Assembly (NCBI GenBank): GCA_025201805.1
Contig: MU619251.1
Span: 62,001-126,000 of the forward strand
Origin: Parasitella parasitica NRRL 2501
Lineage: Eukaryota > Fungi > Mucoromycota
DNA: 64,000 nucleotides
Direction of reading: 5' to 3'
Position 1 is the first letter of the stretch. Each line of letters starts with the position of its first letter. This document shows positions 15,294 through 28,031 of the stretch, piece after piece. Below the pieces are notes generated by a model that did not search any database, was not told the origin of the DNA, and was given only the letters and a program-made list of their open reading frames with translations. The position numbers and the translations under genes are program-made.

Positions 15294-16594
15294 ATGTCTA
15301 TGCCTGCTGTTTATAATCTTACCAACGCTCCCATTACTGCACATTCATTCAACAAAGAACGTAAGTTTATTTTGCGTATTGTAAAAAGTCAGCAAACGGG
15401 GTTGTTTATATGTATGTACTAGAACTGGTTGTTTGTGAAAACACTAATGATGCGAAAATCTACCAATACGGCCAATCCAACTCCAAACTGGAAGATACAT
15501 TGAAGGGAGTATGTTTGCTTGTACTATTTTCTTGGCTTGGCACGCTTAGTCTAACCATGATGCACCATGTAGCACGATAAAGTTATCACGAGCATTGATT
15601 TTGCCCCCAACTCCAACCGTATTGTTACCTGTTCTCAAGACAGGAATGCCTATGTTTGGACAAACGTAGGCGGTGTCTGGAAGCCTGGACTCGTGCTTCT
15701 ACGTATCAACCGTGCTGCTACCTTTGTTCGCTGGTCTCCTAACGAGGAAAAGTTTGCTGTAGCAAGTGGTGCTCGCTGTATCTCGGTTTGCTATTTTGAA
15801 GAAGACAATGACTGGTGGGCTAGCAAGCATTTGAAGAAGCCTATTCGTAGTACTGTTTTGTCCATTGACTGGCATCCCAATAACATCTTGTTGGCTGCTG
15901 GCTCTGCCGACATGAAGGCTCGCGTCTTTTCTTCGTTTATTAAGGGACTTGATAAAAAGTAAGTTGTAGCGTATGCGCAAAGCAAGAGAAAGGGCTGACA
16001 TGTCTATGGAATAGGCCTGCACCTACTGGTTGGGGTGACAAGCTGCCTTTCAACACTGTTTGTGGCGAATTCAGCAGTGGCCGCGGTGGTTGGGTACACT
16101 CTGTAGCTTTCTCACCCTCTGGCGATGCTCTTGCATTTGCTAGCCATGATTCTTCCGTCAACCTTGTTTATCCTCAGGCTGACGGCAACCACACTGTGCT
16201 GTCAATTACAGGCAACGCTCTGCCCTTCCGCTCTCTTATTTGGGCCAACGAGCAACAGATTGTCGCTGCAGGTTATGATTGTGCTCCTATCCTTTACGAA
16301 GCCAAGGATGGTCGAGATTGGCGCTACGCTGGCTCTCTTGATGTAGGCCAGAAAAAGACATCTCAGACTACCTCTGTCATGTCGCGCTTCAAGGCGATGG
16401 ATTCACGCGGTGAGGAAGAGAATGACACCACGTTAAAAACGGTTCACCAAAATACCATCAACGAAATCCGTGTTTATGCTGGTAGCCGTGATAATGTAAC
16501 CAAGTTTTCCACTTGCGGAGTCGATGGTAAAGTTGTTGTGTGGGATTTTGAGCCTAGCCAGCTCGTGGCCGATCTTTCCAGTCTTAAAATTTAA
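15294..16594 (+). CDS. ARC40: Arp2/3 complex WD40 subunit ARPC1/Arc40; multi-exon
   Basis: Motifs [54 protein letters not shown] and TVHQNTI. Confidence 0.96.
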
Positions 16595-16721
16595 TTAAAA
16601 TGGTTAAATAAAGTATGACAGATTATTGCTCTATTAATATTATATATATAATTGTATATAGTAGTGTTATAGATGGGAGTGGTGGTGGTGGTGGTGGTTG
16701 TTGCTGTTTTACAAATGGAGT

Positions 16722-18180
16722 CTATCTTGCATGCATAAATTCTTTACATAATTCATAAGAGTAAAATGTAACGCCCATTGCAGGTGCTACTTTGAGGTAA
16801 TTTGGCAGTAAGCCTTTATAAAGAGATCTAAATCCCTCCTTTTGTGTCATTGTTTTCAGGGCATGCCATGTACCGTTGTAGTTGTAGTCCATGGTGTTCA
16901 TGCCACTGACTTGGAACCGTCTCCTGAGCACATCCAGAGGATATATGATGGTTTGGGCGATCGATCCTGCTAGTGCACCACACAGTAATTTTTTAATGTT
17001 GCCATGGTCCTGATGAATAGGAATTAAATAGTCTTTCAAAACTTCGTAACATTGGAAATTAAGTGCAACATAAGGAGCGACGCCCTACAACAATAATATG
17101 TTAATTCTGTTTGCGGTTCTCCCACACTAGTAACCCAACTATATACCAGCGTCGTTGGCCAAAGGCCTCTGTATAAACCACGTAAGCCGCCTTCCGTTCT
17201 ATAAATTAATTTTACAGTGGATACAATACCAGGCAGCTTCTTTGCTGGTGCATCTTTTGCGGTGTTGTGACTCTGGAGAGACAATGAAGCAGATTGAATA
17301 GATAATCGAGTGCGAACGAGGTCTAAGGGATACGTGCATGCAACGGACACAGTGCCAGCTAATGCACCAGCCATGAGTCGTCTTGGAGTGTCTAGTTCTG
17401 ATTTCCCTGGCTTCATTAATGCAGATTTGAATTGCTCATAAGCAGCAAATTGTGAGGCACTGTAAGGGATCATGCGAATCACATTTGTGCCATTTCCTCT
17501 CATAAACCCTCTCCAGCCTTCTTCTTTCCACATGCGAGCCAATGTTGACCATACGCCAGTGTAAGCAGGCATGTTTGGTCCTTGTACCTGAAATTTAATA
17601 AAATTATAGCAGATGAGTGTGCCTGTCATACTTTTTTCATACGTGTGTGTGTATGGTGCATGAAATCCATGTGATTTCAGATGATAAATACCTGAAATAA
17701 AATCTTCATTCTTTCCATCGGGCTCACTACAGTACGAGATACGGCACCAGCAACACCACCAGCGACCAAATGTTTCATCGTATCCGAGGTCAACATGTCG
17801 ACTGTTTTAGCGTGCAACGTTATAGGCTCTTGCTCGTAATGACGATGTGACGGAACGGATAAGGTATGAGTAACCATTATATTCATGATTTTTCCGAGGT
17901 GTTCCGACTTGAGATCGCTCTCTGTTATTTCATGTTTATCTAGCAAGGAGGCAAACTCTGAAAAAGCGATTGATTTGCTGTTGTCGACCTGATCCAAGAG
18001 CAAATTCTATTTATCTATGAGTAAATCACAGCTGCGTTCATTCAGGGACCGGATTCTTACAACATGATCATTGGGCAGTAGATTAGATACCACCTTCATA
18101 TCTTGCACATCAATGAAACCGTCTTGGTTCTGATCTAATAGACCAAATAACTGATGAATGCTCCAACTGTTTGAATTCAT
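16722..18180 (-). CDS. Mitochondrial carrier (SLC25; YPR011C-like) with N-terminal EF-hand region; 4 exons
   Basis: Three carrier signatures (PMERMK, PLDLVR, PLDVLR) and GFMRGNGTNVIRMIPYSA. Exon 1 encodes the EF loop DQNQDGFIDVQD. Confidence 0.9.
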
Positions 18181-18555
18181 GACTTGCTCGGCTCTTTCTT
18201 TCTTTCTCTATTTTCTCGACTTGAATAACCGCAATCGACCAAAAGAAAGAAGAAAAAAGCGGGGAAGTGAAGGGAAATTTAACAAAAACAAAAACAAAAA
18301 AGAGGGGTTAAAGAAGACACTTATTTAGGAGAAGGGGGGGGGGTGTTGTTTGATGTGCGAAATGTGTATAAATCGTAATCGGCGACACAAATAAACCATT
18401 AACAATTACAATATTGACGGGAATTAGTTTACTCTCTTTGCAAAAGAAAAAAAGAAAAGTTGTATGTAACGTTAAAAAGTCTTTTATATGCAGAATGAAT
18501 AGCAATACAAAGTAACCCCGGCACGAATTTCTTACTTCTTATCGCTTCTTTCACT

Positions 18556-19682
18556 ATGAACAATCTTCGATCATCTATAAATCATATGTGCTTTCGTTTT
18601 ATGCAAAATTGGGATCATCACAAGCTCAGGATAATCTATAGTTTATCCTTGTGCAACCTTGTATTCCAGGTACCAAGAGCTACAGAGCATACATGTTCAT
18701 CTACTAACAAGAACCTGAAGATCTTTTTTGTCGCTTGTTCGTTGTATCAATCACGGCAACAGCCCTGTGACGAACCATTTAGACTCTATTTGGCAGTACA
18801 CGCCATTTCGACATTAATATCCACCTTGTTCAGCATGTATGCACACATCAAGATTTCAATGCTCTCAGATCAGGAGAGCCATTGTACAAGGAAAAAGCTG
18901 AAGAGGTATGAAAGAAATATGCAGTATCGTTTTCAACTCATTTTGTAGCTGGAATAGATTGCATTTCATGATTAAAATTCCCTCGATCGCATGGTTTTTG
19001 TTTGGAAATTATCTGGTACTTTTTAATTCAGCAATGCCCCGTCTTTTGACAGCTACAGAGTTGTTCAACGCGACTTGCATTATTGTCCTTCATGGCTATA
19101 TTTTTTCGTAGCATCATGTGTAGCTTCTTTCCTGCAACACGTGTTGTTGCCTTGCGTTCCAAGTGAGTCGTCCAACTTTAAATACATTCTTTTGTACTCA
19201 TGAGTCGGCAGATACCCTCCTACTATTGCACACTATCGTGAGGGACGATCGGGGATCCATTCTGGATAGCTCTGGAGCAACTGACGAAGAGATATCCCAG
19301 CTATCAATATATTATTTTTCACCCACTACAGCCCTTCGTGGTGAAATCACAGCTCGTACAAATGACAAAGAAGCTGCCTTATCCATCTTAATACCTAACC
19401 AAGACAGTATTTGCGTGATATGTTTGGCTCAATACGAAAAAAATGATGTGTTATGTAGATTGTGGTAGGTTTTCATATTGTTGCTTTCTCTTGACATATG
19501 CACTAATAAGTATGTTGCAATGTATGGATAGGTGCGAGCATCATTTCCACAAGAAATGCATTTCGGGATGGCTAGCAATAAATGCACTCTGCCCATTGTT
19601 CAAACGAGATTGCAGAGAGCAGCACTCAGCTGCGTCATCTACAGTTGTAGAGCTAAAGGACCATGCCATGCTGCTATTATAA
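18556..19682 (+). pseudogene. Transmembrane RING-H2 E3 ligase-like gene with an apparent frameshift and a lost zinc ligand
   Basis: TM segments (PCDEPFRLYL, AWFLFGNYLV), then RING CVICL...CEHHFHKKCISGWL...CPLF. The frame breaks at the T6 run 19041-19046 and the last Cys is Phe. Confidence 0.6.
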
Positions 19683-19829
19683 ATATTTTGTGTTATATAT
19701 CAAACCCATTCAACCCCCCCCCAGCAAAAAAAATATAATTAAGTGTACATGCTGCTGTTTGCCTCATTTTCAAACTAAATACATAGTAAAAAAGTGTGCA
19801 TGATCTATTTAGGAAACGTGGCTGTTCAT

Positions 19830-20465
19830 TGTCTGTAATATGCGTTCTGAACCATCAATCAAGACAATGGCCAATTGCCTTGAAAAAAATTCAATGCCTC
19901 ATCGAAGGCTTGGCTGTTTAGCATGCGTAATAGTTACATTACAGAATCATTCGCTGTTATACAGAATAATGGGATATATAAACCAGAACATCATAAGATC
20001 GAGTAAATCTTGGTTCTTTCTTCAAAGGGAGCAAGAGGGCTTAGAGATATCCTTAATGTCAGCTTGGTCTTGAGTGATAGCATTCAATAAAGTATTTTTA
20101 GAAATCAAAAACATTCGGTAATCCTTGGATTGAACTATTCTATTTTGTTGTCCAATGTATGGCTCGAAAAGCCATTTTAAAGTGCTGCATGTGAGTGCTT
20201 GTTCCTGGAAAGCTTAGATCTCGTGATCTTTTGTTTATCAAGTCAATCGCGCAGTAGCAAGCTAAAAATTGTTTGATACTGTACAGCTTCTTTGGTAGAG
20301 CAAGAAACGTTAGCGCAGAATTTGTTTGTAGCACTGCCATATACCCGCAAAAAATGCGCCTCGTATGGCAATTGAAGGAATTCCTTCTTCTACTGTTGCA
20401 CCAACATCCGATAGGTGTCAGACGACGCCGAGCAGTGTATATCAGTGCACACTTGTTGAACACAT
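19830..20465 (-). pseudogene. Degenerate coding-like remnant of unknown family
   Basis: Minus-strand frames read as protein-like stretches (VQQVCTDIHC...YRMLVQQ*KKEFLQLPYEAHFLRVYG; WLFEPYIGQQNRIVQSKDYRMFLISK) broken by stops and frameshifts. Confidence 0.25.
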
Positions 20466-21725
20466 AATATATAGTTAATGTCAGCTATTGGGAAATGTGT
20501 AGGTGACGGACTAATTAAAGATGTAACTTAGGTAAAGCTGCATTGCTGTCATATCTCCTTGAATTGTAGATCATGCATCGTATGCACATTTACTCACATT
20601 TAATCGCATTTTATATGACTGTTGGCTGCGTTCACATATTATTAAATTAAGCAGAGTGTGCAACTTGAAAAATCGCCTTTTTTAGTAGGACCAGGTCCAA
20701 TATCAAGTATTTCAAGCTATTTTACCTGACTTTCGACGTAATTTACTCTGTTGAAAGAGCTTGTATTTCCAATCAAAAGATATGGCTATTTATTTCACGC
20801 TTTGCTTCATATCTATATTTTTTTTTTATAATTTTGTAAAGTTTTTATATATTTTTAATTAGTCTTAGAAAATGAGATATACTTGATCTAATGCCGACTT
20901 CTCAAAAATGCAAAAACTTGAATGCAATTGAAAAAACCAAACAAAGCATTTGTCTATTCCTCGTTGGATTGTATTTATTTTGCTGTGTTATTGTTTATTT
21001 GTAACATATATATGAAATGCTTAATATGATATTACTGTTTACAAAAAGTAATATTTGAGCATATGACATGCATACAAAAATAACTCTCGGATATGAACAT
21101 ACTTGTAAATACAGGTATCCTAAACATCTTTGGAAATTGCTTAGAATTAGAGAGAGACGACAGGGTTGAGTTTATAGCTGGAAACAGGACCTGTCTTTTT
21201 GACTAAAAGTGTATGTGTAGTAGTAGATGGATATCAGGTCATCTCCCCTGTCGCTACTACTGCTAAATACGAAGTAGATGCATGTAATTATATAATTTAA
21301 CCCTGTTACATATATATACATAATATAGTCGATTGAATAAGTGATTTATCCCTTCTTTCATTTGCGCAATTAGTCAATGGCTTGAATCATAAATTGAGAA
21401 CGCAATACAGTGTTATAATTATATATAAAACCATTTGGTTTCATTGTGGCGCGGAGGGGAGGCAGAATCAGAAACAATGGATTTTTTTAGGGAGACCGTT
21501 GAAGCGTATGATTTCCCTTTTCAATGAGGAGAAACTTAATAAAGAGAAAAAAAAAAAGGAGATCCATAACATTTGATGGGGGAATGAGGGACCTTGGCAG
21601 GCGTGTGACAGGCTGCTACTTTGGATGCTCATGTTTGCTATATAATTTTTGATGGTAAACTAAAATTAGATTTCTTTTCTTTCTTTCCCTTTTTTCTCTC
21701 TACATTTTTAATTCTCTAAAACCAA

Positions 21726-22841
21726 ATGGCTCAACGAATTGCAGATAATATATTCCTTTTGACAACAATGGCAGGTGCTTCGGTGCGTTTCTCATCTTTT
21801 TTTGCTGTTGTATAAAATCACTGATTGTTTCCTCAATAGATCGCTTGGCTAATTGCATTTATTGGTGCCTGTATATTCAGAAGAGGTATCTCTGGCGGTG
21901 CCTGGTGGATCGTCGTATACGAACTCCTATTAATCATGGCTATAAGCGCTACATTACTCACGAATACATATGCTCATTACAGAATGATGGTATGTATAAA
22001 TCTCTCCCCCCCCCTTTTTTTTTATAGCAACCTACTCACACATAATATAGATCTTGACCTTTTTGGCTGCTAGTATTGCCATGCTAACCTTGCAGCTCGA
22101 CTATGCCCTGCCAACGACTAAATTCACTTCTGGATACAGAAATGGAGCCGGTGCTTATGCTGCTGGCTACATTATTCTCATTATCATTGAGGTAAGATAT
22201 CGAGTTTTCATAGTATTGTATATGCGTATCATTGTTTAACTCATAAACCGCAGTTTTTGTGGGTCATTGTATTCGGTAGTGAGCCCGAAAGTTACATTGG
22301 AAGTTTTGCACCAGCATATTATGGAAATACTGTTGGCATTGCACAAAATTCAGCTCGCCACACTTCCTCACATGAATCACAACAATACGAAATGTCAGGC
22401 GATAAGGAAATCTTGGCCGAATCAGCAGGCGCACCTTATAGCAGCTACTCATCCACCAATGACCATGCCGTTGCACATGCTTCACCTCAGACTGTGACAA
22501 CGCCTGTAACAGGATCAAACAATGCTGCCGCTAGCGCGGATATGAGCACGGAATACAAAGAGAAAGTAAAAGCGCTACATGCCTGTAAGTTGACAAGCGC
22601 AATATGATATTATCAACCGTATTAATCTTATACGTGTGCTTTAGATCAAGCAAATCCTGAAGATCCAAATGAGCTGAGCTTTGGTAAAGGAGAGGTCCTT
22701 GACATCGTGGATAGAAATGGCAACTGGTGGCAGGCCAGAAAAGCTGATGGAACAGTGGGCATTATTCCTAGTAATTACGTGAGTACGAGATTCTACATGT
22801 AACAAGAGATTGTCGCTAATGTAAATACACAGTTTGGTTAA
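21726..22841 (+). CDS. SHO1: SHO1 high-osmolarity sensor (4 TM + C-terminal SH3); multi-exon
   Basis: TM helices ([10 protein letters not shown]; [24 protein letters not shown]). SH3 [50 protein letters not shown]. Confidence 0.93.
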
Positions 22842-23783
22842 TCTGCACTCATTCCCATAAAATCAACACATCTGCATCACTATCTCCTCCCCACCCTTTC
22901 CTCTTAATCTAATGTATAATCAAATCACTATTTTCCAATAAATGTATTTTCCTCATGTCTCGACCCTTTTTTCGATGGCTTCACATAAAATTTCTGCAAG
23001 TTGATGAGTTATCTAATACTTTTAGAAGATTCTGACACGTTGTTTTATTTCATAGTTTCAACGTAATTAGTGTCACCTCCTGAATTAAATTTTACTACAT
23101 GTAACATGTTAAAATCTTATCATAGGAGACTCCAGATCTACCCAACGCATTAAACATTTGAACGTAACCCGAGATCAATATTAATTATAACAGCGATATC
23201 TTTATTCTCAAGCGAACTGTATATTGTCGTTCAACAATTCAACGATAGTACTACTATCTGCATGTATATCTATTCTACGAAAAAAGAATAGGAAGATCAC
23301 TAGAACCATAAGGAACAATTTCGCTTTTTTTTTTGTATTGCCTATCCAAAACATATATGCGTACGATTGATGAATTTAGGACATGTAGAGCACATGAGTA
23401 TCATGTGTAAACTTTACATAACGGCATTCAATGCTCTGTGCCTTGGATTTCACATGAAAAAGAGGAATGATACTATGCAATTGCTAATATACATATATCG
23501 CTAATAAGGTCTTTACATTATTGAGAAAAGGCTTGGAATGACATAACCTATAAATCTAAAATTAAACAATCTTCGAAGAAGAGAGACCAATGTATACGGT
23601 ACAATAGATCTGATTTATTACAAAATATGGCTCAGCAGTTTATTTCTGAAACAAGCAAGTATGACAGAGCTAACGCAACTATACCAACACACTATAAAAA
23701 TGCAGAAATCGTTTTTTTCGATTGATTTTTTTTTCCCTCTCGATTTCTTGTGTCGTATCTCTGCTTTACAAGTTATAATTAGT

Positions 23784-24664
23784 ATGAACATTTTTTCTGG
23801 GCTAGACAAGAAGAAGAAGGAGGGAGAAGACGGTGACGCAGGATCTGATTCAGGTTCTGTTGTTCTGATGGAAGGAGACAACTTTAATCGTAACGATGTT
23901 TTGATCTGTGCAACTCATGGAAAACTATACGCCATTCATAAGCGTGACGGAACACGACTGTGGCGAGCCAAATATCCTACTGGTGCTTATGGTGGCATCG
24001 TATCGTTGTTTGTTACTGATACAGATAAGCTTCTAGCCGGTGCTCAAGGTAAAACCGCCTGTGTAAACCTGATGAACGGAGAAACTATTTGGGTCAACAA
24101 AATGCCAGTAAGTAAACTACTGCAATACAGATCAATGTGGTCAAACACTTCATACAGGGGTTTGGCGTAGAAGAGGTTTCCATAGTGACAACACCTAGTC
24201 GGTTTTTATCTCCACAAAAGCATCCCAATGACGCTCCACAAGATGATCTTCCACCGCCAGATTATCATAATGAAGGAACGCAAGAAAAGTCCGTTGTTAT
24301 CGCCAGCAGTCGAGGAAGAGTGATGGGAATTGACGTCGATACAGGAGAAACATTATGGGTTTACAAATGTCCAGGAGGAGGGTTCAATATTCCCGTGTCA
24401 ATTATAGAGCCTCCAAGCTTGGAAGATGGAAGACCTCATCAATTGGTTTATGTTGGCGCTGGCAAATGGGTGTACTGTCTTCAAGCCAGTACAGGTGATG
24501 TGGTATGGAGTGTTAAAGTATCTAATTCTCGCTTTGGGTATAGTTACATGACATTGGCGACTCCTTGGAGCTCCCGGCTCGCTGCAGAGGCTTACACTTC
24601 TTTCAGTCAGAGCCCTTCTGCTCAGACGCGAGACAGGATCAGACAGCAGGAAAGATCTTCGTAG
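23784..24664 (+). CDS. PQQ-like (BamB-type) beta-propeller repeat protein; 2 exons
   Basis: Four 'D/N-x-x-T/D-G-x-x-x-W' blades: IHKRDGTRLW, VNLMNGETIW, IDVDTGETLW and LQASTGDVVW. Confidence 0.8.
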
Positions 24665-24789
24665 CTTATCGGCATGGATATATAAATATATTGTTATTGT
24701 TATGTGTTGGTAAGCATATACAAATAAAGGCTTTAGAGAATCTCCAACGGAGATGCTAATTTTACAAAATTTTCAAAAAGAAAATTGGT

Positions 24790-25869
24790 GAGAAGATGAT
24801 ACTTTGATACTGGCTCCATAGATCCTTAATCATTTGAACGGTTTTATCAAGTGCACAGGTTCTTTCTACGGAATTTGGCCATCTTGATTTTTCTTTAACG
24901 TTTGGCCATATATGTAATGAGCAAGTGATTTTCTCTGGCTAACCATTAAATTACGACAATAGAATTCTGAAGTCCTGTGGGTGAGTGTTTCCAGAAGAAA
25001 ACGTATGCTTCTTTTCTATCATGATTTTTACAAACATGATTTCGGATAAGGGTTTCATACTGCTTGGCAGAAAGGGAGAGAATAGTCGCATAACCAATAG
25101 ACTTTAATGATTTTAAAATTTGCTCGTCAATCTTGCACGCATTTTTGAACTCTTCAAAATATTGAAGGATGAACTCAGGAGCCCTACTCCCATTACCTGC
25201 TAAGGTAGAAAATATAGCATAAACAAAATCTTGACTAATGATTGGCGTATCTTCATTGGCATCTGCACATTTCAGGATGATAAAGTTTGCAAATAATTAG
25301 CTTATGGTATAGGTAATTTTGATAGCGTATTCCACCAAGTTGCTAATTGATTTCATGAATGTTGTATTTGTGCACGTGGTTTTAAGTGAAGACTTGATGG
25401 TGAAAGCTTCTGTCTTTTCGTTATCATTGTGTTGAACCACCTTCTTTTCTTTTCGATGTGGACAGAGTTTACTGGTAAACCTTGCATGATCTGTCTGTTT
25501 ACATGAATGCCACAGCATTGGTTTGTTGGATTTGGTTTGTTTCTTAAACTCCTCTAAATCAACTTTTTTGTCTTCTTTTTGTTGGACTTTCTTAGATAAA
25601 GTGAGGGTTTTGCTGGAAGAAGGACCCATATCACTAAATGAGCTAGCAATCTTTTCTGTTGAGCTAGGAGCCTTTGCTGTTGAACTCGAAGCATCGCTAG
25701 TGGGAATACCTGGTGTTGTCAATTCAGCCTTCTCTTCTTGGTGATTCAAATCTGCACCTAAAACATAGTAAGACATATATTCTTTTCGCAATGTATGTGT
25801 TAGATATTTACTTCTTATAGCTCTCTTTCCTTTCCTATCTGGTGGATCGTCTTTATGTTTACGCTTCAT
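24790..25869 (-). pseudogene. Truncated Fanzor1-like (TnpB/Cas12-related) gene: NLS-like start, Zn-knuckle-like motif and WED/REC-lobe region; no RuvC
   Basis: Reading through the stop at 25297-25299 gives FTIKSSLKTTC...LVEYAIKITYTIS*LFANFIILK...PIISQDFVYAIFSTLAG...GYATILSLSAKQYETLIRNHV. Two frameshifts follow. A 54-nt GT-AG intron lies at 25758-25811. Confidence 0.6.
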
Positions 25870-26407
25870 ATATGTGTGAGAAGTAAATTCAGGAAAGATA
25901 AAGAAGAGATGAACTTACAACATTCAGTGATTTAATTGCATGATTTAGTATTGTCGTGTCTTTCCAAGATGTTTCATTAACCATATATCAAATCCATAAA
26001 CCTTAATATATTGTAGACTTGGCAGTTTTAGTAACAATCCAATAAATCTTTAAATAATAAAATCATTTGAGAACGAGATAGTCTGATGGACAAGGCATAT
26101 TTAAAAGATGGGTCAAAGGCGGCATAAAAACGTCGGATATACTCTACCTCAAATGTTAAATGAAGAAGATTATTATTGATTCTGATAATTAATGCTAGTT
26201 CAGGGTATTTGGAACGACTTGAAAATCATATCGTCCAAAGCAAGATTTCAGGCATAAAACCGGAGTGTTGTTGTTGGCATATTCAATAGAATTGCCGGCA
26301 TAGCATGCTGGAATCCACAGTCATAGAAACTGCGATGAAAAAGCGTTTTTAAACAAAGATCGAGGGGTTATGGGGTTGCTTGTAACTTCTTCTTCTGTTT
26401 TCACAAC

Positions 26408-28031
26408 ATGATAAATCCAGTTACAAGGATTTTGAGTAGTGCCACAGGCTTACCAGAGCCTACACTTCGCTTGCTATTGACAGTAATTCTTGCTTACCTA
26501 GCAGCCTACGCTTATAACAAGAAATTCTCGGCCCCAGATGCAGTCAAGTCAACTGCTGCAAACCGCACAAATTATCTTCTCGGTTGGGGATTAGTGCTCA
26601 ACTTCTTCTTCAACATGTTCAGTATCTACCATTCTTTGGCCACTGTCGCTGTAAGTTATGCTATTTGCTTTGGAGTGGGAGAACAGATGGGTGATCGCAA
26701 ATCAGCTGCTGCCGGTGTATGGCTTTTTAACGCTGCTTACCTAATGCTTGGCTACTACTTTATGCAAACCGACGACTACGATATTACATGGACCATGACA
26801 CAGTGTATCTTGTGTTTACGTATGATGGGCTTTGGATTTGACTATTACGATGGCCGTAAACTGTTTACTGTTGCAGGACCTCCTACACAAACCGAGCTTA
26901 AAACCGTTCCTGAGGATGAATTGAACAAAGCTGCCATCAGGGAGACAGCCCTCAAAAAGTCACCTGCTGCTTTACCTCTATCCTTCTTGGCTGACACTCC
27001 TATTGTCCAGTTACCTAGTCTCGTTGAAACGCTTGCTTATGCTTTGTTTCCTTCTGCTTTCTTGGTAGGGCCTCAATTCTCATTTTCATTATTCGCAAAG
27101 TGGATCAACCATCACGAGAAGGATTTACTGCTAACAGATGAGCAGAAGGAGGAACGGGATCGCGCCCGGACCTTGTATGTGTGGCGTTCTGTCTTGCTGG
27201 CCATTATCTATTTGGGCGCTCAGCAAACTATCGGTGCAACATACTCTACTTCGTATTTATTGACTGATGAATACAGTAATTTACCTTTATGGCAACGACT
27301 TTTGATTTTTCCTATCGCTGGAAAGTTCGCCTATGTAAAATATATTGGTATCTGGTTACTGACAGAAGGTTTGCATATAACTAGGGAGAAGAGGGGGTGG
27401 GGGTGATACGAATTTAAGGTTTTTGGGGTTTGGGGACTAAATCATTGCTTTTTCTACAGGTGCTACTGCATCATTTGGTATTTCATATGAAGGAGATAAC
27501 GAAGAAGGTCATGCTCTCTTTAGTGGATTAGCTAATGCTCTGCCTGGTATATTCGAAACTGCAACTTCTATTGATCATGTCATCAGTGCATTCAATATTA
27601 ATACCAATCTTTGGTCTAAATACTACGTATTCAAGCGCCTCAAGTTTCTTGGTAATAAGCAAGCATCTCAATTCGGTACCTTGGCATTCTTAGCCATCTG
27701 GCATGGTTTCCATGCCATGTACTTTATCACCTTTTTGTTGGAGTTCCTCTACGTTCAATGTGAGCTTGTTCTTCGTAAGCGTCTGGTCCCCATTGTACAA
27801 CCCTACACCAAAAAGAATGACATCTACTATAAGGTTTGGAAGTTTACGGCTTGGGTCGCTTGTCAGTTGTGTATCACTTATGCTATTGTTGGTTTCGAAC
27901 TCTTGAGTTTAAAGAAATCTTACATTGCTTACAAGAATGTTTATTTCCTTGGTCATATTGCTATCATCGTTATTCTTGGCGGCAATATGCTTTTACCAAA
28001 GCCAATGTCTCTTAAGAAAAAGAGTCAATAA
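26408..28031 (+). CDS. ALE1: MBOAT lysophospholipid acyltransferase (ALE1/LPCAT3-like); 2 exons
   Basis: Motifs ITWTMTQCILCLR, FLVGPQF, FNINTNLW...YVFKRL and catalytic FLAIWHG. C-terminal KKKSQ. Confidence 0.9.
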
